A model generated the notes under the pieces. The model had not been told where the DNA came from and made no database searches. It saw nothing but the letters and a program-made list of their open reading frames with translations. DNA of 64,000 bases from Chloroflexia bacterium (GTDB taxonomy: Bacteria; Chloroflexota; Chloroflexia; QHBQ01; JADMIH01): the NCBI GenBank assembly GCA_036399775.1, contig DASWMJ010000096.1, positions 69,665-133,664 of the forward strand. Reading direction: 5' to 3'. Of the stretch, positions 19,617 through 29,487 are shown piece by piece. The translations under genes and the position numbers were made by a program. Each line of letters opens with the position of its first letter. Position 1 is the first letter of the stretch.

Positions 19617-20049
19617 TTTTAGATTTTAGATTTTAGATTTTAGATTGTTATTGGATTGCCTGGCGCGCAAGGTATTTATGGATGCTACGATCATGGCTAC
19701 TATTTCGTTGGTCTCAGCCATTAGGTCCTTCAGCTTGGCTTCGGGAACTATTCCGGCTTCTACCAGTAGTTCCATCCAATATAAGGACTCGTCTGCTTCC
19801 TCTTCTACGATACGTAGTTTAAGGATGATGTCGGGAACAGACTTAGCTCTACAGGCAGACCGATAATTCGCGCCCACTGATGTAGCCGAGCGGAGTAATT
19901 GCTTCCCAATAACCAGCGCGGCCTGTGATGTAGGCAACGCCTCTACCAACTTGATAGCCCGCAATGCCAGCTTCTTCGTTCTAGCCTTGAACTCCCGTTC
20001 ATCCATCGGTGAACCTCAATCTAAAATCCGAAATCTAAAATCTAAAATT
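19617..20049. repeat. inverted (TTTTAGA)n / (TCTAAAA)n heptamer arrays bracketing the four-helix-bundle gene
   Basis: Left array 19617-19649, right array 20017-20049. They are reverse complements of each other and flank the 381-bp gene. Confidence 0.65.
19626..20006 (-). CDS. four-helix-bundle protein (TIGR02436, 23S rRNA intervening-sequence protein family)
   Basis: 126 aa with characteristic GANYRSA and EADESLYWMEL motifs. Flanked on both sides by inverted (TTTTAGA)n / (TCTAAAA)n heptamer arrays. Confidence 0.8.
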   Translation of the reverse strand: MDEREFKARTKKLALRAIKLVEALPTSQAALVIGKQLLRSATSVGANYRSACRAKSVPDIILKLRIVEEEADESLYWMELLVEAGIVPEAKLKDLMAETNEIVAMIVASINTLRARQSNNNLKSKI

Positions 20050-21232
20050 CTATGTTGACTCTCTTGCCTTCCTGCGAGGATTGTATGATAGCATCGCAGA
20101 TAACCGCGTTCTTGTAGCCGTCCTCGAAGGTGCCGCCGTAAGGGGCTACGTCTTTGTCGTTCACTATGGCATCTAAGAGGTGGGCGATCTCGTGGACGAA
20201 GGCGTGCTCCCAGCCTATTATGTGCCCGTGCGGCCACCAGTTTGACCAGAAGGGGTGGAAAGACTCGGTTACAAGCACGTTGGTGAAGCCCTGCGTCTCT
20301 TTGGGGCCATCCGTCCAGAAGACTTCAAGCTCGTTCAGCCTCTCAAGGTTGAAGCGGATAGAGCCTTTCGAGCCGTTGATCTCGAAGACCTCGTGGTTCT
20401 TGCGTCCCGGTGCGAACCGCGATGCTTCCAGCGTGCCCACCGCGCCATTCTCGAACTCCACCACAGCCTCAAAAGCGTCGTCCACTTCGACCTTGCCCGT
20501 GCCGTTGCCGCCGGGGAGGGGACGCTCGGTGATAAAGGTCTTGGTCATGCCCATGACCGATTTCGGCTCGCCCACCAGGAAGCGCCCCAGGTCTATAATA
20601 TGCGCTCCCAGGTCGCCCAGCGCGCCGCTACCCGCCACTTTCTTATCCAATCGCCAGATAAGCGGAAAGTTAGGGTCGGTAATCCACTCCTGTAGATAGA
20701 CCGCCCGGAAGTGGTATATCTCGCCCAGCGCGCCGCTCTTTACGATCTCGTATGCGTGGCGTATCGCGGGTACGAAGCGGTAGCTGAACGACACCATGTG
20801 CTTCACCCCGGCTTTATTCACCGCGTCCAGCATCCTCTTCGCCTCTTCTGCGGAGCGCGCCATCGGCTTCTCGCATAGGATGTGCTTCCCTGCCTCTGCT
20901 GCCGCTATGCAAGGCTCGGCGTGCATGTCGTTCGGCCCGCCGTTGTCGAAAAGCTGAACGTCTGGGTCTCGCAGCATCTCCCTCCAGTCGGTATAGTATT
21001 TCTCATAGCCATACCGATTCATCGCCTCCTTAACCGCGTCCTCAGTCCGCCCTGCCACCGCCACCAGCCTGGGTATCGCGGGCGGCGGGTACATCATATA
21101 AGGCAGCTTCTTGTAGGCGTTGGTATGCGCCTTCCCCATGAACGCATACCCAAACATGCCAACCCCAATCTCTCGCGCGGCCTCCGTAGCCTTCGCTCCC
21201 GCCATGCTAACAAACCCGACCTCATCGGACAT
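20042..21232 (-). CDS. Gfo/Idh/MocA family oxidoreductase
   Basis: N-terminal Rossmann fold (GMFGYAFMGKAH) and EKP motif, 396 aa. Confidence 0.85.
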   Translation of the reverse strand: MSDEVGFVSMAGAKATEAAREIGVGMFGYAFMGKAHTNAYKKLPYMMYPPPAIPRLVAVAGRTEDAVKEAMNRYGYEKYYTDWREMLRDPDVQLFDNGGPNDMHAEPCIAAAEAGKHILCEKPMARSAEEAKRMLDAVNKAGVKHMVSFSYRFVPAIRHAYEIVKSGALGEIYHFRAVYLQEWITDPNFPLIWRLDKKVAGSGALGDLGAHIIDLGRFLVGEPKSVMGMTKTFITERPLPGGNGTGKVEVDDAFEAVVEFENGAVGTLEASRFAPGRKNHEVFEINGSKGSIRFNLERLNELEVFWTDGPKETQGFTNVLVTESFHPFWSNWWPHGHIIGWEHAFVHEIAHLLDAIVNDKDVAPYGGTFEDGYKNAVICDAIIQSSQEGKRVNIEF

Positions 21233-21296
21233 GGTTGCCTCCTCTCAAATTTGCTTGTTGCATACTCTTCCCCTAAGTGGCGTGCAACCACCAGGC

Positions 21297-21827
21297 TTAG
21301 CCCACTATACCCAAGGCTTGACGCATGCCATGAACAAAATCGGCTCGCCAATTACCGAGTGGAAATCGTAACGGGCCATTCTGAAGTATACTCACCCCTC
21401 CGTCAATCAATCGCGCAGCCGAAAATTTATAAACTACGGAATGACAAATGATAACACCGTGTTCAGGTGCAAGCTTTTGGCATCGCGTGACCAGACCTGG
21501 TATGCCTTCCTTGATTGCCCTGCGGCGTGCTGGTTTCCCTAGATTATTAATAGGGCTTTCTACAGCATCTATCAGCCAGTAACCATCGTCCCGTAGCCGT
21601 TCTAAGACTTTGGTTTTATCGTACTCGTTGATAGTTTCATAGCCATATAGGGCTTTTACAACCCCTCGATAGAGATTATCGAACCGACTCAGTTCTGGCG
21701 CATAGAAGAAACGCCTATTGTTCGCATCTGAGTCAGGTGGCGATTCAGCGATCAGGAGGACTTTGAGATTAGTAGGTCGATACTGTTGACGAAGCTCGTC
21801 ATACCAAGTCAGCATGTCACTGCTCAT
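21297..21827 (-). CDS. hypothetical protein in a low-GC islet
   Basis: 176-aa ORF with no recognisable family, in a segment of about 48% GC between two 60%-GC sugar genes. Confidence 0.4.
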   Translation of the reverse strand: MSSDMLTWYDELRQQYRPTNLKVLLIAESPPDSDANNRRFFYAPELSRFDNLYRGVVKALYGYETINEYDKTKVLERLRDDGYWLIDAVESPINNLGKPARRRAIKEGIPGLVTRCQKLAPEHGVIICHSVVYKFSAARLIDGGVSILQNGPLRFPLGNWRADFVHGMRQALGIVG

Positions 21828-21874
21828 TGATCCTCCCTGTAACTTGAACCTATGTTAAGCTAGCTTCTCTCCTG

Positions 21875-22873
21875 TCACTCCTTTTGGAAGGCGGCGTCGA
21901 AGGCCACGTTGGAGGGGGCGAAGTCGGTGCGGCGGACGAAGGCCAACGCGTCCCTCGCGCCCCATTCGCGGTCCATGCCGGAGTCTTCCCACTCGATAGA
22001 GAGCGGACCCTGGTAGCCTACGCGGGTGAGGGCGCGGAAGACCGACTCGAAGTCTACATCGCCATGTCCGGGCGAAACGAAGTCCCAGCCGCGCTGTGCA
22101 TCGCCGAAGCCGATGTGCGAGCCGAGGATGCTCCTGCGCCCGTTCAAATACCGCTTCGAGTCCTTGACATGCACGTGGTAGATGCGCTCTCCAAACTCCT
22201 CTATGAAGGCTGCCGAGTCGAGGAATTGGTGGGCGAAGTGGCTGGGGTCGAAGTTGATGCCGAAGCCTGGGCGGTTGCCTATCGCGTCCAGCGTTTTGCG
22301 CGCAGTCACGAAGTCGTAGGCTATCTCGGTAGGGTGGACTTCCAACCCAAACTTCACCCCTTCCTGGTCAAACACGTCAATGATGGGGTTCCAACGCTCA
22401 GCGAAGTCCGCGTAGCCCCGCTCAACCTCCGCGAAATCGTTGGGCGGGAAGGAATATATCATGTGCCACACGCTAGACCCCGTGAAGCCGTTGACCTGGG
22501 TCACGCCGAACTTTGCGGCGGCGCGGGCCGTATCCATCACCTTCCGCGCGGCCCGCTGGCGCACCCCCTCCGGGTCGCCGTCGCCCCATACGTCGGGCGG
22601 GAGGATGCCCTTGTGCCGGCTGTCTATGTTGTCGCACACCGCCTGCCCAACAAGATGCGTGCTGATGGCGTAGCACTTGAGGCCATACCTGTTGAGGATG
22701 TCCCACCGCGACTGTGTGTAGTCCGATTCGGAGAGCGCGCGGTCCACCTCAAAATGGTCGCCCCAACAAGCCAACTCAAGGCCGTCAAACCCCCACTCGC
22801 TAACTTTCTTAGCCAAATCTTCCAGCGTCAGATCGGCCCACTGGCCGGTGAAAAGCGTTACGGGTCGTGCCAT
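21875..22873 (-). CDS. sugar phosphate isomerase/epimerase (xylose-isomerase-like TIM barrel)
   Basis: AP-endonuclease-2/TIM-barrel motifs (HVKD, IEWED). Confidence 0.8.
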   Translation of the reverse strand: MARPVTLFTGQWADLTLEDLAKKVSEWGFDGLELACWGDHFEVDRALSESDYTQSRWDILNRYGLKCYAISTHLVGQAVCDNIDSRHKGILPPDVWGDGDPEGVRQRAARKVMDTARAAAKFGVTQVNGFTGSSVWHMIYSFPPNDFAEVERGYADFAERWNPIIDVFDQEGVKFGLEVHPTEIAYDFVTARKTLDAIGNRPGFGINFDPSHFAHQFLDSAAFIEEFGERIYHVHVKDSKRYLNGRRSILGSHIGFGDAQRGWDFVSPGHGDVDFESVFRALTRVGYQGPLSIEWEDSGMDREWGARDALAFVRRTDFAPSNVAFDAAFQKE

Positions 22874-22904
22874 ATTTACCTCCTGATTTGGAATTTCGAA
22901 ATTG

Positions 22905-23312
22905 TCAGGGTAAAGTGTGAAACTCTATCAGATGCTTGTCTGGGTCGTAGCAGAACAGTTGAGTTGCTCCGTCGCCTCTTGGGCGGGGGCCTAGTATTAT
23001 CGGGATGCCGTGCCGGTTTAGCTCGCTCACGACCTGGTCTATATCCTGGACCGCGAACGCGAAGTGCCTTGCCCTGGAATGGTCTTTGTCGCCGTAGACA
23101 TTGAGTTTGGGGTCGCCGGGCGTCTGTGCCGCGTCTACTACGTGGACCATGTGTATCTCCGCGTTACCCTTGCGATACCAGGACGTAGCGTGGGTGAAAG
23201 CTGGCGGAAGTGGTAACGGCTCCATACCGAGAACGTCGCAGTAGAACTTCTCGGCTGCCCTTACGTCTCGCACGATTATCGTTACGTGGTTCAGGTCTGT
23301 GATGTCAATCAT
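22905..23312 (-). CDS. VOC (glyoxalase/bleomycin-resistance) family protein
   Basis: 135 aa with [10 protein letters not shown] and paired beta-alpha-beta-beta-beta modules. Confidence 0.7.
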   Translation of the reverse strand: MIDITDLNHVTIIVRDVRAAEKFYCDVLGMEPLPLPPAFTHATSWYRKGNAEIHMVHVVDAAQTPGDPKLNVYGDKDHSRARHFAFAVQDIDQVVSELNRHGIPIILGPRPRGDGATQLFCYDPDKHLIEFHTLP

Positions 23313-23333
23313 GGCTCTTCCCCTCCAATCTGC

Positions 23334-24200
23334 TCATACCCGCGAAACAAACTCGCGGTCGTGGACCTCCACTTTTACCGTCATAAGTTCTTCTATAGCC
23401 TCTACGAGGTGGTCGGCGTAGCGGCGAAAGGCTTCCTCTCCTTTCTCTGCGGTAGCGCGGAAGGGGTTGCCTATCACGCCCGTGTCGCTGAACTCGTCGT
23501 GGTCCATCGGGAACATGAAATACTGATAGCCCTTGAACTCTATATCGGGCGCGCCATCCCCCTTCTTGAACGCCTCCGGCAGCCACTCCGGCTTGTGCGT
23601 GACCGTATGCACGGCGCGATCCATCCGCACAAGGCTGGCGTTGTGCGCGAGCATCTGCGAAGTCTCAAGCTCGCTGGCGTGCCACCCCGGCGTCTCGTCA
23701 ACCGGATTCTCCATCAGGTCCTTTATCAGCCCCATATACCGCTCGGCGTAAGGCTTGTAGTACGCCACCATCGCGCCCGTCTCGTACTTGATCTTGCGGA
23801 GGAGAGGGTCGATAATCTTGACGTTCGAACCGTGCCCCGCCACGAAGATGATGCGGTTGAAGCCGTGATGTATGAGGCTGCGAGCGATGTCGTATAGCAC
23901 GTTGAGGAAAGTCTCGGCGCGCACGGTGATGGTGCCGAAGCCCTGCCCAGGCTCGCGCATGTGCTGGGGCGAATACCCCATCCAGACGCACGGCGTATAG
24001 AGCACCTTCCCCTTGTTGCCCGCCCGTTGCGCCACCTCTTCCGCCGTTACAGTGTCGGTGGAGAGTGGCAGGTGCGGCCCATGCTGCTCGGTGCTCGCCA
24101 CCGGGATGAGAATGATGTCCTTATGCTTTAGGTATTCCTGTATATCTGGATAAGCCAGGTCTGCTATGTTGTATGATGGCAGCGAGCCGTTCTGGTCCAT
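23334..24200 (-). CDS. creatininase (creatinine amidohydrolase) family protein
   Basis: EQHGPHLPL and AGHGSN metal-binding motifs. Confidence 0.75.
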   Translation of the reverse strand: MDQNGSLPSYNIADLAYPDIQEYLKHKDIILIPVASTEQHGPHLPLSTDTVTAEEVAQRAGNKGKVLYTPCVWMGYSPQHMREPGQGFGTITVRAETFLNVLYDIARSLIHHGFNRIIFVAGHGSNVKIIDPLLRKIKYETGAMVAYYKPYAERYMGLIKDLMENPVDETPGWHASELETSQMLAHNASLVRMDRAVHTVTHKPEWLPEAFKKGDGAPDIEFKGYQYFMFPMDHDEFSDTGVIGNPFRATAEKGEEAFRRYADHLVEAIEELMTVKVEVHDREFVSRV

Positions 24201-24283
24201 GTTGGTTCTCTCCTGTTCGTTCGTGAAACGTGATGCGTATTGCGTAAGTTACCTTAGTTCCTGATTCTGATCCTGACCCCTGA

Positions 24284-25603
24284 TCACCAACCACCAGTCA
24301 CCGACCACTGACCACTCGTCACCAACTTCAGGAATTCATCCGCCACTCGGTCTGAGAAGGCAGGGTCGTTGATGTGGGTTTCTACAGTGATTAGGGGAAT
24401 GTCTTTTCGCAGATTGGATTGGAGCGCGTCAAGAAAAGCGGCGTCGGCTTCGGGGTCCCAGAAAGCGCCGCCTGGGACGTTGGGGATGGAGAGGCCGCTT
24501 GTGGGCACCACTACCGCCAGTGGCCCGCGTGCTTCGTTCAGCTTGCGGGCCATTATCCGGCCTACTTCCACCATCTCTTCTTTCGTCAGGCGAACCAACG
24601 TGAACTCAGGGTTGTGGTAGTAGGCGGGGCGGCCCTTGAGACGATCGGGCACCTCGTCGCGCCGCCCCTGCACGGTGAAGTCAACGCAGCCAGGCACGAC
24701 CACCTGGGGCAGCCCCAACGCGCCCACTCGCTCAAGCCTCCTGTCGCCCGCCGCGTGGAAGCCGCCCACCAGTTGGTCGGATAGCTCGTCGGTGGTGAAG
24801 TCAATCACACCCACAAACATCCCCTGCCCGGCAAGCTCCTCCATCGCGGGCCCACCTACCCCGTTCGAGTGGAATATCACCGCCTCCATACCATGCTCAG
24901 ACAGCCTATCCTTGATATGCATCACAGCCTTAGTCGTGTTACCAAGCATAGTAATCGCCACGTACCTGAGTGTCGGGTGTTGGGTGTTGGGTGTTATTGC
25001 TCCTGATCCTTGCCCTCTAATCACTGACCACTGACCATCGATCACTGACCACTGACCACTCGCCCCATACTTCACCATCCCCACGATGGCAGCCGCCGCG
25101 TTGTCGAATACTGCCACGCTGACCGGGTTGATGCCCAGGATGTCTATGACCGAATGGACGACCATAATGTCTTTGGTGCCGACGAGCGGGCCGAAGTGGC
25201 GCTTGCCGGAGGCAATGGGGGTGATTATCACTTTGGGCACGCCTATGGGCAAGGCTTTCATGGCAGCCGCGCCCAGCACCGCGCCCTCGGCCCCACCCAG
25301 GCATATCACCCCATGTACTTTGCCCTCCTGGTAGAGCCTGAGCGTCGTTTCCCGTACGCCCTCTTTCATCCGCTCGACTGCCAGGCCGCGCGTGCCTGCG
25401 TTCCTTAGCTCATCTATGGTAGAGCCTGCGGCTATGGCTACCTCTGCCCGCGTGATGTCGGGCACGATGTCCATCGGCTCCCCCAGCACGCCTGAGTCGA
25501 GCACGAGCGTAGCCACGCCCAGCGCCCGTATGCGGTCGCGCACGTAGGCTATCTCGCGCCCTTTGGTGTCAAGCGTGCCTATGAGGAGGACAGTCGGGTT
25601 CAT
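24284..25603 (-). CDS. UPF0261 (Tm-1-like) family protein carrying an in-frame heptamer-repeat insertion
   Basis: N-terminal LLIGTLDTKG and overall UPF0261 architecture. The internal segment SGQWSVIDGQWSVIRGQGSGAITPNTQHPT (about nt 24968-25052) and the C-terminal SGQWSVTGGW are translations of (CACTGAC)n/(GTGTTGG)n repeats. Confidence 0.7.
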   Translation of the reverse strand: MNPTVLLIGTLDTKGREIAYVRDRIRALGVATLVLDSGVLGEPMDIVPDITRAEVAIAAGSTIDELRNAGTRGLAVERMKEGVRETTLRLYQEGKVHGVICLGGAEGAVLGAAAMKALPIGVPKVIITPIASGKRHFGPLVGTKDIMVVHSVIDILGINPVSVAVFDNAAAAIVGMVKYGASGQWSVIDGQWSVIRGQGSGAITPNTQHPTLRYVAITMLGNTTKAVMHIKDRLSEHGMEAVIFHSNGVGGPAMEELAGQGMFVGVIDFTTDELSDQLVGGFHAAGDRRLERVGALGLPQVVVPGCVDFTVQGRRDEVPDRLKGRPAYYHNPEFTLVRLTKEEMVEVGRIMARKLNEARGPLAVVVPTSGLSIPNVPGGAFWDPEADAAFLDALQSNLRKDIPLITVETHINDPAFSDRVADEFLKLVTSGQWSVTGGW

Positions 25604-25608
25604 CTATC

Positions 25609-26547
25609 TCACTTGCCCACGCGGAAGTTTGGCTCGTAACGCTCCGGCACCCCTGCCTCTTTCATGGCCTTGCGCAGAGTGTTGGCCGACACTTCCACGA
25701 GCCACGAATAAAACTCGTCCGACAGCACGCCTGAACCGTGATCCTCGATGAACTTGAGCTGCTCTGCGGTTAGCTCGGCCTCTGCCGTGCCGCGCGCGTT
25801 CTTGTAGGGGTTGGCGGGCGTGCGGTCGAGCGGGGCGACGAACTCCACTGTAAGGGCGTTGTCGTAGCCTGCCTGCGCGAGCGTTTTCACCAGTTTCGTC
25901 CAATCGTAGTCGCCCTGCCCACAGGCCATACGGTTGTTGTCGGCTACGTGGAAGGCCACCAGCTTACTACCTGTATTGAGGATCGCCTGGTGCAGATCGG
26001 ACTCCTCGATGTTGATGTGGAAGGCGTCCAGGCACACACCGCAGTTAGGCCCGACCTCCTGGGCCAGAAGCAGCGCCTGGTCATGGCGGTTGAGGAAGTT
26101 CGTCTCGAAGCGGTTGAGCGGCTCAAGGCCGATAACCACGCCTTCCTGCTCCGAGTGCGCATAAACTTCGCGCAACCCCTCGACTGCCCATTTCCACTCC
26201 TGCTCCGGCGTATCCATAGCCTTGACCTTGCCCACCTCCGACGGCACTATGGTCATCTCTCGCCCTTCAAGCTCCTTCACCATAGTGATGCAGTCCTTCA
26301 GGTACTGCACGCTGCTCTCACGCACCGCCGCGTCGGCATGTATAAGGTCGCGCCCCGCGAACATGAGCGACACCGACCCCCAGCACCTGACGCCGTTCTC
26401 CTGCAACAGTTGCCGCAGCGCCTTCGTGTCGCTGTAAAGCTCCGGGTCGCCCGCGATCTCTATGCTCTCATACCCATATTTAGCAAGCCGCCGTATCGTG
26501 ATGTCTATCGGTTCAGCCCTCATCCAGTTATGCATCGACAGAAACAT
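25609..26547 (-). CDS. sugar phosphate isomerase/epimerase (TIM barrel)
   Basis: Xylose-isomerase-like TIM barrel motifs (GLEPLN, FHVAD). Confidence 0.8.
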   Translation of the reverse strand: MFLSMHNWMRAEPIDITIRRLAKYGYESIEIAGDPELYSDTKALRQLLQENGVRCWGSVSLMFAGRDLIHADAAVRESSVQYLKDCITMVKELEGREMTIVPSEVGKVKAMDTPEQEWKWAVEGLREVYAHSEQEGVVIGLEPLNRFETNFLNRHDQALLLAQEVGPNCGVCLDAFHINIEESDLHQAILNTGSKLVAFHVADNNRMACGQGDYDWTKLVKTLAQAGYDNALTVEFVAPLDRTPANPYKNARGTAEAELTAEQLKFIEDHGSGVLSDEFYSWLVEVSANTLRKAMKEAGVPERYEPNFRVGK

Positions 26548-26589
26548 TTATTACCTCCTTGATAAGACTCGTAAAACGTATTGCGTAAG

Positions 26590-27768
26590 TTACTCAGCAC
26601 TCGGAACTCGGTACTCGGTACTCGGTACTCGCTCCGCCACCAACTCGATTAGATTCACCACAGGCATCTCCTCCGCGTACTTTGACAGGTGGGCGGCGCA
26701 ACAGGGATCTTCGGTCAGGAGCATGTTTGCGCCTGCCGCTCGTGCCTCGGCTATTCTTGCTTGCGCCAGGCTCTCCGCTAGCTCTACCTGGGTGAACTCG
26801 AAGCCGCCTATCGCGCCACAGGGGGAGGCGTGTCTCTCCTTCCAGAAAAGCTCGCCTGACTTGTAGCCTGTCAGAGCTTCGACCAGAGTGCGCGTTGGGG
26901 CGGCGGTCTCCAGCAGGCGTGGGGTGTGGCATGGGTCGTGGTAGACCGCGCCGCTCAGGTCGCGCGCTTCGAGCCGCAAGTCGCCCTGCTCCACCATCCC
27001 GGCCAGCCATGCAGCGAACTCCATCACCTGCAACTCTTCCGGGACCGCCACGCCTATTTCCGGGTAGACGTTCTTGAATGCGTGGGCATCTTCCTTTGAG
27101 AGAGTTATTATCTGCGTGACCCCGGCGGCGCTGATTTCATCTAGCGTCTGCTGCGCGAGCTTCCGCGCCATATCCCACAACCCAACCGTATAAGGCAGGT
27201 ACACGCTCGACCGCCCCATGCTGAGTAAGGTATACTCATATCCCATCGCGTTTAGCAGAGTTTGGGCTGCCTCTACGGTCTGCGGACGGCCAAAGCGAGT
27301 GGCAGCCCCTACGAATAGTCCCACGCAGCTAGAAGCATCCTTTCCCCCGTCACTTACCCTTCCCTCTGCATCATCCCCCTCCGATACCTCCCCATAAGGA
27401 TTCCCCCACAGCCGCAACTTCTCTTCCATCTCCACAACACTCTGAGGCATGGCTCCCTCTTTGACCACAGCCGCACGGGCAGCTACTATGGTCGCTGGCA
27501 GTGGCCGGTCTGTAGCGCAGTTCGCCTGGCACAGCCCACAATCGGCGCACTTGTACAGCGTGTCCACAGTCTCCTCATTCCACCCCACAAGCCCCCTATC
27601 AACCGAGGCGATCAACAGCGCCCACCCATGCGGCGAAGTAGCCTCCCGCTTGGTCACGCGCTCGACGGGGCACACATGCCTGCACATCAGGCAATACCTG
27701 TCGCCGTCGTATATGGGCTTGTAGTCTTTTAGCTCCATTTCCTCTCCGGGTCCGGTTGCCTGCCCCAA
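26590..27768 (-). CDS. (Fe-S)-binding protein with CCG domains (GlcF/GlpC/LutA-like)
   Basis: CLMCRHVCPV and CADCGLCQANC cluster motifs plus C-terminal Cys-rich CCG region. The C-terminal VPSTEYRVPSAE is encoded by a (GTACTCG)n repeat. Confidence 0.7.
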   Translation of the reverse strand: MGQATGPGEEMELKDYKPIYDGDRYCLMCRHVCPVERVTKREATSPHGWALLIASVDRGLVGWNEETVDTLYKCADCGLCQANCATDRPLPATIVAARAAVVKEGAMPQSVVEMEEKLRLWGNPYGEVSEGDDAEGRVSDGGKDASSCVGLFVGAATRFGRPQTVEAAQTLLNAMGYEYTLLSMGRSSVYLPYTVGLWDMARKLAQQTLDEISAAGVTQIITLSKEDAHAFKNVYPEIGVAVPEELQVMEFAAWLAGMVEQGDLRLEARDLSGAVYHDPCHTPRLLETAAPTRTLVEALTGYKSGELFWKERHASPCGAIGGFEFTQVELAESLAQARIAEARAAGANMLLTEDPCCAAHLSKYAEEMPVVNLIELVAERVPSTEYRVPSAE

Positions 27769-27809
27769 ATTCCAAAACTCACAATCTAAAATCGAAGATC
27801 TAAAATTTA

Positions 27810-29255
27810 CTAGCCCGTGCTAAACCCCATTTTCCCCGGATTCATAATCCCCCTCGGATCAAGCGTGTGCTTGAGCTTCTCCAACGCAGGCCAGGCGGTG
27901 CCGTACTGTTCAGGCATCAGGCGGCCCAGCTTGAAACCTATCCCGTGATGCTCATTCAGCATCCCCCCATTCGCCAGGGAGGTTCGAGCGGCTACCGTCC
28001 ATATCCTGTTGTGAAGTTGCAGCGCGGCGTGTGGGTCCTGCGGCGGCTCGTCTATAATGAAGCGGTCGTACACCATCACGCCCCATGGGAACCAGTGTGA
28101 GAAATGGGCGATATAGCGCGCCCCCCACTCCTCGAAGCCCTGCTCAATGGCCTCTTTCTTCGCGTAATAAAGCCGCTCGATATTGTCGAAAGTGGTCACG
28201 GTCTCGATAGTGCCGTACATCTTAGGCAGGCTCAGCCCCAGCGGCGGGTAGTAGAAGTCGTAGCGATGCTCCCACCAGTGCTCCGCCGACTCCGGCCCCA
28301 GGTCCCGCCCCCCATACTCCCCGCAAATCCTCATCGCCCTGGCAAGCTGCGCGCTGGCAATCTCCTCGTACCCGTCGAACACCAGCACCATGTACGCGCC
28401 CTCCAAATCGAGGTTGAGCACGCGCTTGATGAGCGAGACTGTAGAAGCCCTGTCGTACAGCCTTATCACCGCAGGCTGCAAGCGCGACAGCATAATCTCG
28501 CGCCCAGCTTCCAGAGCATCGTGCAAATCATCGAACAGCACCGCCCCGAAGACCCTGCTCTCCGGCAACCTCTCTATCTGGAACGTGACCTCGGTAATCA
28601 CGGCCATTGTGCCCTCAGAGCCGATGAGCAGGTTCATCAGCATCGGCCCTGAAGCGTGGCTGGGCACCGGCGGCGTGTTGATAATTGTCCCATCGGGCAA
28701 CACGGCCCCAATCGAAAGCACAAGGTCCTCTGCCTTACCATACTTGGTGGAGATGACCCCCGACCCGCGAGCCGCCACGTACCCGCCCACAGTGGCCGCG
28801 TTAGCCGACGACGGGTAGTGTGGCAGCGTCAGCCCGCGTTCGTTCAGCGCCATCTCCAACACCGACCCTATCACGCCCGCCTGCGCCGTGACGGTAAGTG
28901 AGTTCTCATTGATGTCGAGTATCTTGTCCAGCCGCTTGAGGTCGAGCAGGATACCGCCGTAGATGGGTGCCGCGCCCCCCTGCGTGCCCGACCCCCCGCC
29001 CCACGGCACGACAGGCACCCGGTGCCTACCCGCCACCTTCAATATCGCGGAAATCTCCTCCGCCGACTCCGGGTGTACCACGCAATCCGGGCTGGGCGGC
29101 GTCATAGCCCTATCGAGCCACATCTGTGGCATCCACGACCAATCCGTAGAGTAAACCAGCTTGTCTGACTCGCGCACGGACAGCCGCCCCTCGCCCACAA
29201 TGTCGGCAAGCTCGGTAAGCACCATTTCAAATGCCAGGTCGTCTCGTGTGTTCAT
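27810..29255 (-). CDS. FAD-binding oxidoreductase (FAD-linked oxidase, D-lactate/glycolate oxidase-like)
   Basis: FAD_binding_4 N-domain (VVPWGGGSGTQGG) and C-terminal oxidase domain, 481 aa. Forms a likely two-subunit dehydrogenase with the downstream Fe-S protein. Confidence 0.8.
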   Translation of the reverse strand: MNTRDDLAFEMVLTELADIVGEGRLSVRESDKLVYSTDWSWMPQMWLDRAMTPPSPDCVVHPESAEEISAILKVAGRHRVPVVPWGGGSGTQGGAAPIYGGILLDLKRLDKILDINENSLTVTAQAGVIGSVLEMALNERGLTLPHYPSSANAATVGGYVAARGSGVISTKYGKAEDLVLSIGAVLPDGTIINTPPVPSHASGPMLMNLLIGSEGTMAVITEVTFQIERLPESRVFGAVLFDDLHDALEAGREIMLSRLQPAVIRLYDRASTVSLIKRVLNLDLEGAYMVLVFDGYEEIASAQLARAMRICGEYGGRDLGPESAEHWWEHRYDFYYPPLGLSLPKMYGTIETVTTFDNIERLYYAKKEAIEQGFEEWGARYIAHFSHWFPWGVMVYDRFIIDEPPQDPHAALQLHNRIWTVAARTSLANGGMLNEHHGIGFKLGRLMPEQYGTAWPALEKLKHTLDPRGIMNPGKMGFSTG

Positions 29256-29359
29256 AGAAGTCAGAAATCAGAAGTTAGAAGCTAGAAACCCACTTTCACC
29301 ACTTGTATGCACTACCGTCCTACCGGCAAGATAGCCAGGGGTAGGCCGCTCCCACTCTC

Positions 29360-29487
29360 CTTGTCATTCTGAGCGAAGCGAAGAATCTCGTCCCTCGCTT
29401 ATTAGCTCGGGTAACGTAGAAATGAGAGAATGAAGGCAAGAGGATGCGCGAGGGACGAGATTCTTCGCTTCGCTCAGAATGACAGGG
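29360..29487. mobile_element. intact copy of the CCTTGTCATTCTGAGCG...TIR MITE-like element
   Basis: 128 bp with the same 37-bp terminal inverted repeats as the outer element at 12458-12746, without insertions. Confidence 0.65.

Noticed and set aside
19626-20006. rRNA operon implied by the '23S rRNA intervening sequence protein' family name
   Set aside because: No rRNA sequence is present. The family name is historical, and the gene here is free-standing.
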